NCBI GenBank assembly: GCA_003576805.1
Contig: QEVM01000003.1
Coordinates: forward strand, 1,016 to 65,015
Reading direction: 5' to 3'
DNA: 64,000 bases
Source of the DNA: Pseudomonadota bacterium
GTDB taxonomy: Bacteria; Myxococcota_A; UBA9160; PR03
This document shows, piece after piece, positions 28,075-38,917 of the stretch; the first letter of the stretch is position 1; the number at the start of each line of letters is the position of its first letter. Under the pieces are notes generated by a model. That model searched no databases. It had not been told where the DNA came from and saw only the letters and a program-made list of their open reading frames with translations. The position numbers were made by a program, and so were the translations under genes.

Positions 28075-28896
28075 TCAGCGCCGCGCGGCGGCCCGCGCGA
28101 ACGCCCAGCGCAGCGGCGCGTGGATCGCGACGGGCAGCAGCCGCTTCGCCCACTCCGCGAGATAGCTGTCGATTCCGATGCGCTGGCGCATGCGGTTGCG
28201 CTTCACCGCCCGCACCACCTGCGCGGCGAGCTTCTCCGGCGCCATCCCGAAGCGCTGGACCAGCGCCTCCATGCGTGCGGTCTGCGCGGCGTCGCCGCCG
28301 TAGCGCGCCGCCGCCTTCAGGATGTTCGTCTGGATCGCGCCGGGATGAATGCTCGTCACGCCGATGTTCGAGATCGCCAGCTCCACGCGCAGCGACTCGC
28401 TCAGCGACTTCACCGCCGCCTTGGTCAGCGAGTAGCTCGCCTGGTTGGGCAGGCCGAGGAACGCGGCCATGCTCGACGTGTTGACGATGTGCGCTTCGCC
28501 GGCCTGCTTCAGATACGGCAGGAAGTAGTGACAGCCGTACAGAACGCCCCACAGGTTGACGCCGATCACCAGCTCGAGCTGCTCGATCGAGCTGTTCTCG
28601 AACGACTCGTTGATCGTGACGCCCGCGTTGTTGAAGAGCAGGTGGATGGCGCCGTGCGCGGCGGCGATCTCGGCGGGCAGCGCCGCCATGCGCGCGCGGT
28701 CGCGCACGTCCGCCAGGTGCGTCGTGACGGGCGCGCCGGCGCCGGCCAGCAGACGCCGCGTCTCGTCGAGGCCCGCCGGGTCGACGTCGACGAGCGCGAG
28801 CCGGCAGCCCTCGGCCGCGAGCGCCGACGCCAGCGCGCGGCCGATCCCGCTGCCCGCGCCGGTGACGACCGCTGTCCTGCCTCGGAGATCGCGCAC
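28075..28896 (-). CDS. Classical short-chain dehydrogenase/reductase (SDR)
   Basis: 'TAVVTGAGSGIGRA' (TGxxxGxG), 'NNAG', 'SSMAAF...YSLTKAA' (Ser...YxxxK). Confidence 0.9.
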   Translation of the reverse strand: MRDLRGRTAVVTGAGSGIGRALASALAAEGCRLALVDVDPAGLDETRRLLAGAGAPVTTHLADVRDRARMAALPAEIAAAHGAIHLLFNNAGVTINESFENSSIEQLELVIGVNLWGVLYGCHYFLPYLKQAGEAHIVNTSSMAAFLGLPNQASYSLTKAAVKSLSESLRVELAISNIGVTSIHPGAIQTNILKAAARYGGDAAQTARMEALVQRFGMAPEKLAAQVVRAVKRNRMRQRIGIDSYLAEWAKRLLPVAIHAPLRWAFARAAARR

Positions 28897-29029
28897 TCGG
28901 CGTGCGCGCTCAGCCGCCGGCGCCGGGCGCGAAGTCGATGCGAAGCGCGGCGTGCGGCGACATGGCGTTTCCCTCGCGGCGCAGCTTACGGCCGCCGCGC
29001 GCGCGCGCCAGGCCGCGCGTGTCGCGCGC

Positions 29030-30196
29030 TCAGCCGCGGCCCGCGCCGGCGCGACCCTTCCACGTCGCGCCCTCGTCGCGCAGATGACGGCGCGCCGAGT
29101 CGATCGTCATGCCGAGATACAGCGCGCCCGCGACGGGCAGCGCCAGGCCCCACACGGCGCGGCGTTCGTAGAGCGCGAGCGTCGGCGCGAAGGTCGCGGC
29201 CTGGAGCAGCCACGCGCCGGCACCCAACGCGGCGGCGGCGACGTCGCGGTGCAGCGGCAACGTCGCGAGCGCGAGCGGCGGCAGCAGGTAGAGCAGCGCG
29301 AGGCCGAGCGCGGTGCCGGCGACGATCGCGAGCGAGTGCCGGAGCTGCGTGAAGGCGCTGCGCGCCACCATGTTCCACACGTCGGCGATGCCCGTGTACG
29401 GGCGGATCGAGCGCTCGCTCGTCGAGAGCCCGATCCAGAGCCGGCCGCCGCTGCGCTTCACGGCGCGTCCGAGCGCGCAGTCGTCGATCACCTCGGCCCG
29501 CAGCGCCTCGATGCCGCCCGCCTGCGCGAGCGCCTCGGGACGCAGCAGCACGCAGCCGCCCGCCGCGCCCGCCGTGCGCGCGCGCGGGTCGTTGATGCGC
29601 GCGAACGGGTAGAGCTTCTGGAAGAAGTACACGAAGGCCGGCACCAGGAACGCGTGCCACGCGCGGCCCATGTGGAGCCGCACCATCAGCGACACCAGGT
29701 CGAGACGCTCCGCCTCGCCCTTCGCGACGAGCCGGCGCAGGTTGTCGGCTGCGTGCGCCACGTCGGCGTCGGTGAAGAGCCACCACGCGGGCGCGAGGTC
29801 GGCCTTCTCCGCGGCGGCAACGCCCGTTCGGAGCGCCCACATCTTCCCGACCCAGCCGGGCGGGCGCGCTTCGGTGCGCACGACGTGCAAGCGCGATCCG
29901 TTCGGGTGCTCGCGGCGCAGCCGCTCCGCGATCTCCGCGCTGCCGTCGCGGCTCTCGTCGTCCACGAGCACGATCGCGAGCTCGCCGGGGTAGTCCTGCT
30001 CCAGCAGCGAGCGCAGCGTCTCGGGCAGCAGATCGGCTTCGTCGCGCGCCGGCACGACGGCCACCACGCGCGGCCACGCGGCGGGCGGCGGCGCGCGGCC
30101 GTCGAGGCGCTGGTCGCAGAGCCAGAAGCGTCCGTGCGCGAGCGCGAGATAGGTCCAGGCCACGAGCGAGAGCGCGCAGAGTGCAGCGAGCAGCAT
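29030..30196 (-). CDS. Family 2 glycosyltransferase, membrane-anchored (resembles HpnB-type GT2)
   Basis: 'VVAVVPARDEADLL', 'VLVDDESRDGS', 'GWVGKMWAL', 'FTDADV' GT-A motifs with flanking TMs. ATG 30196 chosen; the upstream Arg-rich extension was rejected. Confidence 0.8.
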   Translation of the reverse strand: MLLAALCALSLVAWTYLALAHGRFWLCDQRLDGRAPPPAAWPRVVAVVPARDEADLLPETLRSLLEQDYPGELAIVLVDDESRDGSAEIAERLRREHPNGSRLHVVRTEARPPGWVGKMWALRTGVAAAEKADLAPAWWLFTDADVAHAADNLRRLVAKGEAERLDLVSLMVRLHMGRAWHAFLVPAFVYFFQKLYPFARINDPRARTAGAAGGCVLLRPEALAQAGGIEALRAEVIDDCALGRAVKRSGGRLWIGLSTSERSIRPYTGIADVWNMVARSAFTQLRHSLAIVAGTALGLALLYLLPPLALATLPLHRDVAAAALGAGAWLLQAATFAPTLALYERRAVWGLALPVAGALYLGMTIDSARRHLRDEGATWKGRAGAGRG

Positions 30197-30234
30197 GATC
30201 GCGCGCGACGCTAGCTCGCCGGCGCGCGCGCTCT

Positions 30235-32270
<2,036 letters not shown>

Positions 32271-32384
32271 TTATTTATCCGCGGCGCCGGAGGGTTGCGC
32301 GGTCGCGCGCGCGTCGCGTGCAGCGCGACGTGCACGAGCGGCAGGCAGGACCGGACGGAGCGCGCCGTCCGGTCCCTCGCGGCG

Positions 32385-33020
32385 CTACTCGGGCGTCGAG
32401 TAGAAGTAGTAGTCGGCCAGGTAGGGCACGTAGACGCGCTTGCCGACGTCCGTCGGCTCGGCGCAGCCCGTCGAGGGCGCGGCGCCGCCGACGGTGTTCA
32501 AGCGCTGGATCTGCGCCGTCTTGGCGAGCGCGCCGCCGCCGTGCGGGCCGTCCTGCTTGCCGACCACCTCGAGCAGCAGCCACGGGATCGCGCCCGGCGC
32601 GACGTACGCGGGATCCGCCGACTGGTCGACGAGCCGCACCCACACGGTGCTCGTGTCGCGCGAGTGCTGCCACGCGGGGCGCACGGTGCCGCTCTCGATC
32701 GGGTTGGGGCTGAAGAAGTGCGTGGTGAGCTGCCTGCCGTTGTCACTGAACAGCGTCGCCACGGGCGTGAACAGCGTCCACGCGAAGCCGAGACCGGCGG
32801 GCTGGCAGACGTAGTTCTGCGTGCCGACGGCGTGCCCCACGAGGAACGCGCGGCTGCCGGCGTCCGCCTCGAGGTTGGCCGGCACGGGCGGCGGCGTCAC
32901 GCGTTCCGCGCGGGCCGGCGGCGCGAGCGAAGCCGCGACGGCCACGGCGAACGCCGCGGCGCACGCCGCCCGCAGGGTGCGATGCGTCAGGTGCTTTCGA
33001 GCTGCGATTCCGCGATGCAT
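32385..33020 (-). CDS. Secreted DUF3455-family protein
   Basis: Signal peptide, then 'GHAVGTQNYVC' and 'AIPWLLLEV...IQRLNTVGG', which are DUF3455 hallmarks. Confidence 0.75.
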   Translation of the reverse strand: MHRGIAARKHLTHRTLRAACAAAFAVAVAASLAPPARAERVTPPPVPANLEADAGSRAFLVGHAVGTQNYVCQPAGLGFAWTLFTPVATLFSDNGRQLTTHFFSPNPIESGTVRPAWQHSRDTSTVWVRLVDQSADPAYVAPGAIPWLLLEVVGKQDGPHGGGALAKTAQIQRLNTVGGAAPSTGCAEPTDVGKRVYVPYLADYYFYSTPE

Positions 33021-33232
33021 GGCGATTCTCCTCCCGCGACGTCGGCGCGGGTCGTTCGTGCGAAGCCGGATCGATGCGGGAAACGAGATCCCGAAGCGGC
33101 GGCGTCGTGGGCGCGAACGTCAGCCTACGCAGCGCGGCGACGGAAGCCGTTACCGCGCGCGTACCGATTCCTTACCTGTGGGAGGGGCGCGCTCGTGCGC
33201 GCGCTGGAATGACGCCGCGTGCGCGGCGCTCG

Positions 33233-35299
33233 CTACTCCACGTAGCCGAGGCTGCGGAGCTGGCTCTCGGTGCTCGCCTGGATCCGGTGCGGAACGTCGC
33301 GCGCGGGGCTCGCGCCGCCGCCCTCGTAGGTCGCGATGCGTCGCGGCTCGGGGGCTCCGTCGAGCAGCTCGAGACGCGCGACGCCGTCGGCGTCGTCCGC
33401 GACCGGGAAGCCGAGCGCGGCCAACGCAGTCGGCGCGACGTCGAGGATCGAGATCTCGCGGCGCTCGCGCTGCGGGGCGATGCCCGGGCCGGCGGCGATC
33501 CAGATGCCGTCGACGCGGTGCGTTCCGAAGCCGCGACGCGGATCCGGCTGGGAGCCGTGATCGCTCAGCACGAACACCGTGACGCCGTCGCCGAGCGTCG
33601 CGAGCAGGCGCCCGAGCGCGGCGTCGGTCCAGCGGTACGCAGCGCGCACGAAGTCGCGACACTCGGCCAGCTCGGCGGCGTCGATCGGCGCGTACGCCTC
33701 GGGCGCGTGGCAGCGCCAGAATGCGTGCGACGCCCGATCCGTGATGGTGAAGACGTGCGCGAAGAGCGCCCAGTCCGGGATGCTGCGCGCCAGCTCCTGC
33801 GCCGTCGCGAGCTGCCGCTCGGCGACGTCTTCGAGATGCTCGAAGAGCGGCCGGCGCAGGTCGCGGTCTTGCGAGACGCGCCAGCCGGCGGCCTCGACCA
33901 CGTACATCGAGTCGCCCTGCACGCGCTGCAGCAGAGCGGCGTCGCTCGTGAAGGGATGCAGCGGCGCGAGCGGATCCTGGAAGATCGGGGTGCTGTAGAT
34001 CGCGCCGTCCTCGAGCGCGCGCAGGCGGAAGCGGCCCGGCACGCCCGAGAGATCCGCGGTCAGCCACGGCGACCACTCGCCGGGCGCGAGCTCCAGCGCG
34101 TGCCCCGCCGCCTCGACGCGGCGCTTGCCGTCGGCGCGCACTTCGAAGCGGACCGGGATGGCTTCGAGGCGGCTCGACAGCAGCTCGCGCCGGATCAGCG
34201 CCTCGATCGCGAAGTGGCGCAGGCGCGATCGCGGCGGCGTCTCCGCCTCCCCGATCACGACCTCGCCGGACGCGACTCCGTCGCGTGTAGGAAGCACGGC
34301 GGTCGGCACGAGCGCGCCCGGCCGATCGCGCGTCGAGAGCACGCGCCCGAGCACCTGCTGCTCCTCCATCGGCGGCGGCTTCGTGAGGCTCGGGATCGGG
34401 AAGCCCGAGACGAGCGCGCCGTGCACCTGCGACGGCGGCCAGCTTCCCGGCACGTTCACGGCGATCGCCGGCAGGCCCGCGCTGCCGACGACGTTCCAGA
34501 GCAGCGCGGCGCGCCGGTTGCCCGCGTACGCGACGTCCCAGCCCGTGATGCCGTGCTTCTCGGCGCTCTTGCCCGAGAAGATCGACGACCACGCCACGGG
34601 CGAGTAGGTCGGCTCGATCGAGCGCAGCACGCCGGCGGCCCCGCCTCCGACGAGGCGCGCGAGGTTCGGCAGCTCGCCCGCGGCGAGCATCGGGTCGATC
34701 ACCTGCCAGTCGCCGCTGTCGATTCCGATCAGGGCCACGCGCTGCGCGACGCCCGGCGCGGGCTGGACCGGCACCACGGGCGGCGCCGGAAGGATCGGCG
34801 GCTGGACGGGCGAGCCCGCGAACGCGGTCGCGACGCCGGCGGCGCAGAGCGCGCCGAGCGCGATCGTTCCGCTGCGTCCCACCGCGAGCGCGAGCGCGGC
34901 CGCGCCGAGCGCCATCGCGAGCGCGGCCGGCAGGTAGACCCAGTAGCTGCGGTCGACGAGCTCGCGCGTGACGAGCGCCGGGACGACGCCGAACACCAGC
35001 AGCGCGGCGGCGGCGAGCGTCGTGCGCGGCCGGCCGGGGCAGATCGCGCGCGCGAGCGGACCGAGGATCGCGCCCAACACGAAGCCGGCGCCGCCGTGCA
35101 GCAGTGCGACGGCGACGGCGTCGCGCGCCGCGAGCGCGTGGTCGAGGCTCCACAGGACGCCGGTGCCGAGCGAGACGAGCGCGGGGACGCTGCGTTCGAG
35201 GGCGAGCGGCGCGCGCGCGGCGTGTGCACCCGGCACGCTCGTGCGGAGCGGGAGGAACCGATCGAAGCGCGCGGCGAGGTCGGGCTCTTGCATCGTCAT
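33233..35299 (-). CDS. Membrane-anchored alkaline-phosphatase-superfamily protein (type I phosphodiesterase/nucleotide pyrophosphatase-like)
   Basis: About 5 N-terminal TMs, then 'VALIGIDSGDW...LPNLARL...PTYSPVAWSSIFSGKSAEKHGI' and 'VFVLSDHGS' metal/nucleophile motifs. Confidence 0.75.
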   Translation of the reverse strand: MTMQEPDLAARFDRFLPLRTSVPGAHAARAPLALERSVPALVSLGTGVLWSLDHALAARDAVAVALLHGGAGFVLGAILGPLARAICPGRPRTTLAAAALLVFGVVPALVTRELVDRSYWVYLPAALAMALGAAALALAVGRSGTIALGALCAAGVATAFAGSPVQPPILPAPPVVPVQPAPGVAQRVALIGIDSGDWQVIDPMLAAGELPNLARLVGGGAAGVLRSIEPTYSPVAWSSIFSGKSAEKHGITGWDVAYAGNRRAALLWNVVGSAGLPAIAVNVPGSWPPSQVHGALVSGFPIPSLTKPPPMEEQQVLGRVLSTRDRPGALVPTAVLPTRDGVASGEVVIGEAETPPRSRLRHFAIEALIRRELLSSRLEAIPVRFEVRADGKRRVEAAGHALELAPGEWSPWLTADLSGVPGRFRLRALEDGAIYSTPIFQDPLAPLHPFTSDAALLQRVQGDSMYVVEAAGWRVSQDRDLRRPLFEHLEDVAERQLATAQELARSIPDWALFAHVFTITDRASHAFWRCHAPEAYAPIDAAELAECRDFVRAAYRWTDAALGRLLATLGDGVTVFVLSDHGSQPDPRRGFGTHRVDGIWIAAGPGIAPQRERREISILDVAPTALAALGFPVADDADGVARLELLDGAPEPRRIATYEGGGASPARDVPHRIQASTESQLRSLGYVE

Positions 35300-35381
35300 C
35301 GCGATGGTTGTGCCCGAGCCGCGTCGCGACGGCGTGACGCGAACGAGGCGTTTCTTCGGCGAGGGCGAGTAGGCCTCCCGG

Positions 35382-36161
35382 CTAGCGGCCGGGTCCCCCG
35401 GCGGAACGCGGCGCGATCCAGATCTGACGCGAGCGCGCGACGATGCGGCCCCGCTCGTCGACGAGCGCGGTCGCCGCGGTGTGGCGGCGCTCGTCGCGCG
35501 CGAGCGACCAGCCGACGACGCGCAGGCGCGCGCCGGCGCGCAAGGGGCGCGTGACCGTCGCCGTCATGCGCCCGAGCAGGAGCGGTTCGCGCGGGCGGCC
35601 CAGCGTCGCGCCGAAGTAGCCCGGGCAGTCGAGCGCCGCCCACACGAAGACCGGATCGACGACGCCGCCGCGGCCGGCGAGGTCCGCGCCGGGAGTCCAG
35701 TGCGCGGCCGACACGCCGGCGCCCGGCACGTCCACGGGCAGGATCCGCAGCCCGTCGCCGTGCCCGCGCGCGGGACCGCACACGAAGCAGCCGGGAAAGG
35801 GATGGACGAAGTCGGGAGCCGGCGCGCCTTCGATGTCCGCGGCGCGCGGGATCGCGGGCGGCTCGTCGGGAGCGGCGTCCACCGCGCGCGCCTCGGCGAT
35901 CGGATTGCCGTCGGGATCGGCGAGCGCGAGCGCCGCGCCGGAGGTCTCGTCGTGGCGCGCGAAGAGCGGCACGCCGAGCGGCGCCGGCCGGCGCAGCGTG
36001 ACCTCGACGGCGCCCGCGGCCCCGAGGCGCGCCGCCAGCCAGCCCGCGACGTAGCCGCCGTTGCCGGTTCCGGGCGGCCCGCAGAACCGCGGAGCGATGA
36101 CGAGCGGAGCGGCGTCGAAGCGGGAAGCGCTCGCGCGCTCGATCGTGAGGGCGGTGGTCAT
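35382..36161 (-). CDS. Hotdog-fold (PaaI-like) thioesterase-family protein
   Basis: 'GPPGTGNGGYVAGWLA' and 'HPFPGCFVCGP' motifs seen in hotdog thioesterase-like proteins. ATG 36161 lies 5 nt after AAGGAG. Confidence 0.55.
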   Translation of the reverse strand: MTTALTIERASASRFDAAPLVIAPRFCGPPGTGNGGYVAGWLAARLGAAGAVEVTLRRPAPLGVPLFARHDETSGAALALADPDGNPIAEARAVDAAPDEPPAIPRAADIEGAPAPDFVHPFPGCFVCGPARGHGDGLRILPVDVPGAGVSAAHWTPGADLAGRGGVVDPVFVWAALDCPGYFGATLGRPREPLLLGRMTATVTRPLRAGARLRVVGWSLARDERRHTAATALVDERGRIVARSRQIWIAPRSAGGPGR

Positions 36162-36322
36162 GGCGTCTCCTTCGCCACGCATCCTGTCCCAGGCCGGCGC
36201 TGCGGCCTTTACCGGCTCCTTACCGTTGCCGGATCTGCGCGCGCACGCGGCTCGGGCTTGCGGCGCGCGGCTTTTGCGATGGACTCGGCCCTTCGCTCCG
36301 GCTCGGCCTGCGGGAGGAAACC

Positions 36323-37438
36323 TTGCGGCGGACGTTCGCGATGCTGCTCTGCGTGGCCGTCGTCTGCGCGTGCGCGGGCGGCCCGCGCACGCCGCGGCCC
36401 GCGCCGCCGCGGCCGGCCGACGTGCGCGCGCTGATCGCGCGGCTGCTGCCGGAGAAGACGCCGGATCGCGCGGGCTGGGCCGCCGACGTCTACGCCGCGT
36501 TCGCGGCGCTCGAGCTCGAGACGAGCGCGGCGAACCTGTGCGCGGCGCTCGCGGTGACGGAGCAGGAGTCGGGCTTCCAGGCCGATCCGCCCGTCGCGAA
36601 CCTGCCGAAGATCGCGCGCGCCGAGATCGACCGGCGCGCCGCGCAGCTCGGCGTGCCGAAGCTCGCGGTGGATCTCGCGCTGCGGCTGCGCTCGCCCGAC
36701 GGACGCAGCTACGCCGAGCGCATCGCGAAGGTGCGCACGGAGCGCGAGCTCAGCGAGATCTTCGAGGCGTTCACCGGCAGCGTGCCGATGGGGCGGCGCC
36801 TGTTCGCGGGCTGGAACCCGGTGCGCACCGGCGGGCCGATGCAGGTCGGCATCGCGTTCGCCGAGCAGCACGCGGCGAGCCGTCCCTATCCGTATCCCGT
36901 CTCGGAGCCGGCGTCCGGCGCAATCCGCCGCGAGGTGTTCACGCGCCGCGGCGGCCTGTACTTCGGCATCGCGCACCTGCTGGACTACCCGGCCGAGTAC
37001 GACGCGCACCTGTATCGCTTCGCGGACTTCAACGCCGGCCGCTGGGCGAGCCGCAACGCCGCGTTCCAGCACGCGATCAGCGTCGCGTCCGGGATTCCGC
37101 TCGCGCTCGACGGCGACCTCGTCCGCCGCGGCGCCGACGCGGCGCCGGGCGAGACCGAGCTCGCCGCGCGCACGCTCGGCGCGCGCATCGACGCGAGCGA
37201 CGCCGCGATCCGGCGCGCGCTCGAAGAGGGCGACGGCCCGGAGCTCCAACGCACCACGGTGTACCGTCGCGTGTTCGCGCTGGCGGAGCAGCTCGAGCGC
37301 CGGGCGCTGCCGCGCGCGCGCGTGCCCGACATCGACCTGCGCGGACCGAAGATCCAGCGCAAGCTCACCACGAAGTGGTTCGCGGAGCGCGTCGACGGGC
37401 GCTACCGCCGCTGCCTGGCGCGCGCGAGCGGCGCCTAG
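36323..37438 (+). CDS. DUF1615-family lipoprotein
   Basis: TTG start 5 nt after GGGAGG. Lipobox-like 'LLCVAVVCAC'. 'VTEQESGFQADP', 'NPVRTGGPMQV' and 'FADFNAGRWASRNAAFQ' match DUF1615. Confidence 0.7.
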   Translation: MRRTFAMLLCVAVVCACAGGPRTPRPAPPRPADVRALIARLLPEKTPDRAGWAADVYAAFAALELETSAANLCAALAVTEQESGFQADPPVANLPKIARAEIDRRAAQLGVPKLAVDLALRLRSPDGRSYAERIAKVRTERELSEIFEAFTGSVPMGRRLFAGWNPVRTGGPMQVGIAFAEQHAASRPYPYPVSEPASGAIRREVFTRRGGLYFGIAHLLDYPAEYDAHLYRFADFNAGRWASRNAAFQHAISVASGIPLALDGDLVRRGADAAPGETELAARTLGARIDASDAAIRRALEEGDGPELQRTTVYRRVFALAEQLERRALPRARVPDIDLRGPKIQRKLTTKWFAERVDGRYRRCLARASGA

Positions 37439-37552
37439 GCGATTCCGCCGATGTCCGCGCGCGCGCCGCGGCACTAGCGTCCCGCGCCGAAGCGCTGGAG
37501 CGCGGTGCGCGCCCGGCCCCGCCACGGACGTCGAAACGATGAAGGAGGGGGG

Positions 37553-38917
37553 ATGCGGCTCGCGTCGTCTCGTTGGCTGATCGCGCTCGCGTGTCTGTGC
37601 GCGCCGCCCGCGGCGCGCGCGGACGTCGTGCTGGTCGGGCGCCTCACGTCGCCCGGCGTCGGCGCGGAGCTCACGGCGGGCGCGCAGGCGCCGTCGGTCT
37701 CGCCGGACGGGCGCTACGTCGCGTTCGCCTCGTCGTCGAACAACCTGGGCGTGCCGTCCAACGGTTCGCTCAACGTCTACCGCTACGACCTCGTGAGCGA
37801 CGTCTTCGAGCTCGCGACGCAGAACCTCGGAACGGGCAACAGCAGCGCGCCGTCGATCAGCGCCGCCGGCCTCGCGCTCGCCTTCCAGTCCGAGGCGAAC
37901 GACCTCGCGGTCGGCAATCCCTCGGGCGGCACCGACGTCTTCTACAGCGTCGCCGTCGACGCGGGCGGCGGCGCGATCGGCTTCGAGACCTACCTCGTCA
38001 GCCAGGGCATGGGCGGCGCGGCGCCGAACGGCGCGTCGCAGGACGCGTCGCTCTCGGCCGACGGCCGCTGGGTCGCCTTCCACTCGTCGGCTTCGAATCT
38101 GGTCGCCGGCGACACGAACGGCGGGCCGGACATCTTCGTCGCCGACGCCAACGATCTGTTCTCGACACCGCAACGCGTCAGCGTGACCGGCGCAGGCGTG
38201 CAGATCGACGGTCCGAGCCGCGCGCTCTCGCCGAGCGCGATCTCGGCCGACGGCCGCTACGTCGCCTTCGCGGTGGACACGCCGGTGTCGATCGACGGCT
38301 CCAACGCGGGCACGCTCGAGGACGTGTTCGTGCGCGACCGCGTCGCCGGCACGACGAGCCTCGTCAGCAAGAGCACGGCCGGCGTGGCGGGCAGCAGCTC
38401 GTCCGACATGGCGGCGATCTCGCCGAGCGGGCGCTTCGTCGCGTTCCGGTCGTTCTCGAGCAACCTGGTGACGAGCGCCAGCGGCAGCCGGATCTACGTG
38501 CGCGACCGCCAGCAGGGCGCCACGACCAACATGCCGCTGCCGCCGGGCGCGGCGAGCTGCGAGGACCCGCGCGTCTCCGACTCCGGCGACGTCGTCGCGC
38601 AGTGCAACATGAACGCCGGCTTCGCGCAGGCGTTCCTGTGGGATCCCGCCGGCGAGGGCGCGCTGTATCAGCTCAGCACCTCGCTGACGGACGGCCAGGG
38701 CAACGGCGCCTCGGGCAACTTCAGCGGCATCAGCGCCGACGGCGCCGTCATGGTCTTCGACTCCGCCGCCAGCGACCTCGTGCCGGACGACGCGAACAAC
38801 ACGCTCGACGTGTTCGTGGTGATTCCCGAGCCGGGCGTCGCGAGCGGATGGCTGGCGGCGGTGGCGGCGCTCGCGGCGCTCGCGCGGCGCCGCGGGCGAA
38901 GAGCGCCTCCCAGCTAG
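37553..38917 (+). CDS. TolB/PD40-like beta-propeller protein with PEP-CTERM tag
   Basis: Repeated 'S.S.DGR.VAF.S.ASNLV..D.N...D.F' PD40 blades. Tail 'IPEPGVASGWLAAVAALAALARRRGRR' at 38822-38914. ATG 37553 follows GAAGGAGGGGG. Confidence 0.75.
   Translation: MRLASSRWLIALACLCAPPAARADVVLVGRLTSPGVGAELTAGAQAPSVSPDGRYVAFASSSNNLGVPSNGSLNVYRYDLVSDVFELATQNLGTGNSSAPSISAAGLALAFQSEANDLAVGNPSGGTDVFYSVAVDAGGGAIGFETYLVSQGMGGAAPNGASQDASLSADGRWVAFHSSASNLVAGDTNGGPDIFVADANDLFSTPQRVSVTGAGVQIDGPSRALSPSAISADGRYVAFAVDTPVSIDGSNAGTLEDVFVRDRVAGTTSLVSKSTAGVAGSSSSDMAAISPSGRFVAFRSFSSNLVTSASGSRIYVRDRQQGATTNMPLPPGAASCEDPRVSDSGDVVAQCNMNAGFAQAFLWDPAGEGALYQLSTSLTDGQGNGASGNFSGISADGAVMVFDSAASDLVPDDANNTLDVFVVIPEPGVASGWLAAVAALAALARRRGRRAPPS

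Noticed and set aside
28075-30196. Calling the GT2 + SDR pair a hopanoid (hpnB/hpnA) locus
   Set aside because: The GT2 resembles HpnB-type enzymes by motif only. The SDR is a classical 273-aa type, not an HpnA-like epimerase. No squalene/hopene cyclase or hpnC-E genes are nearby.
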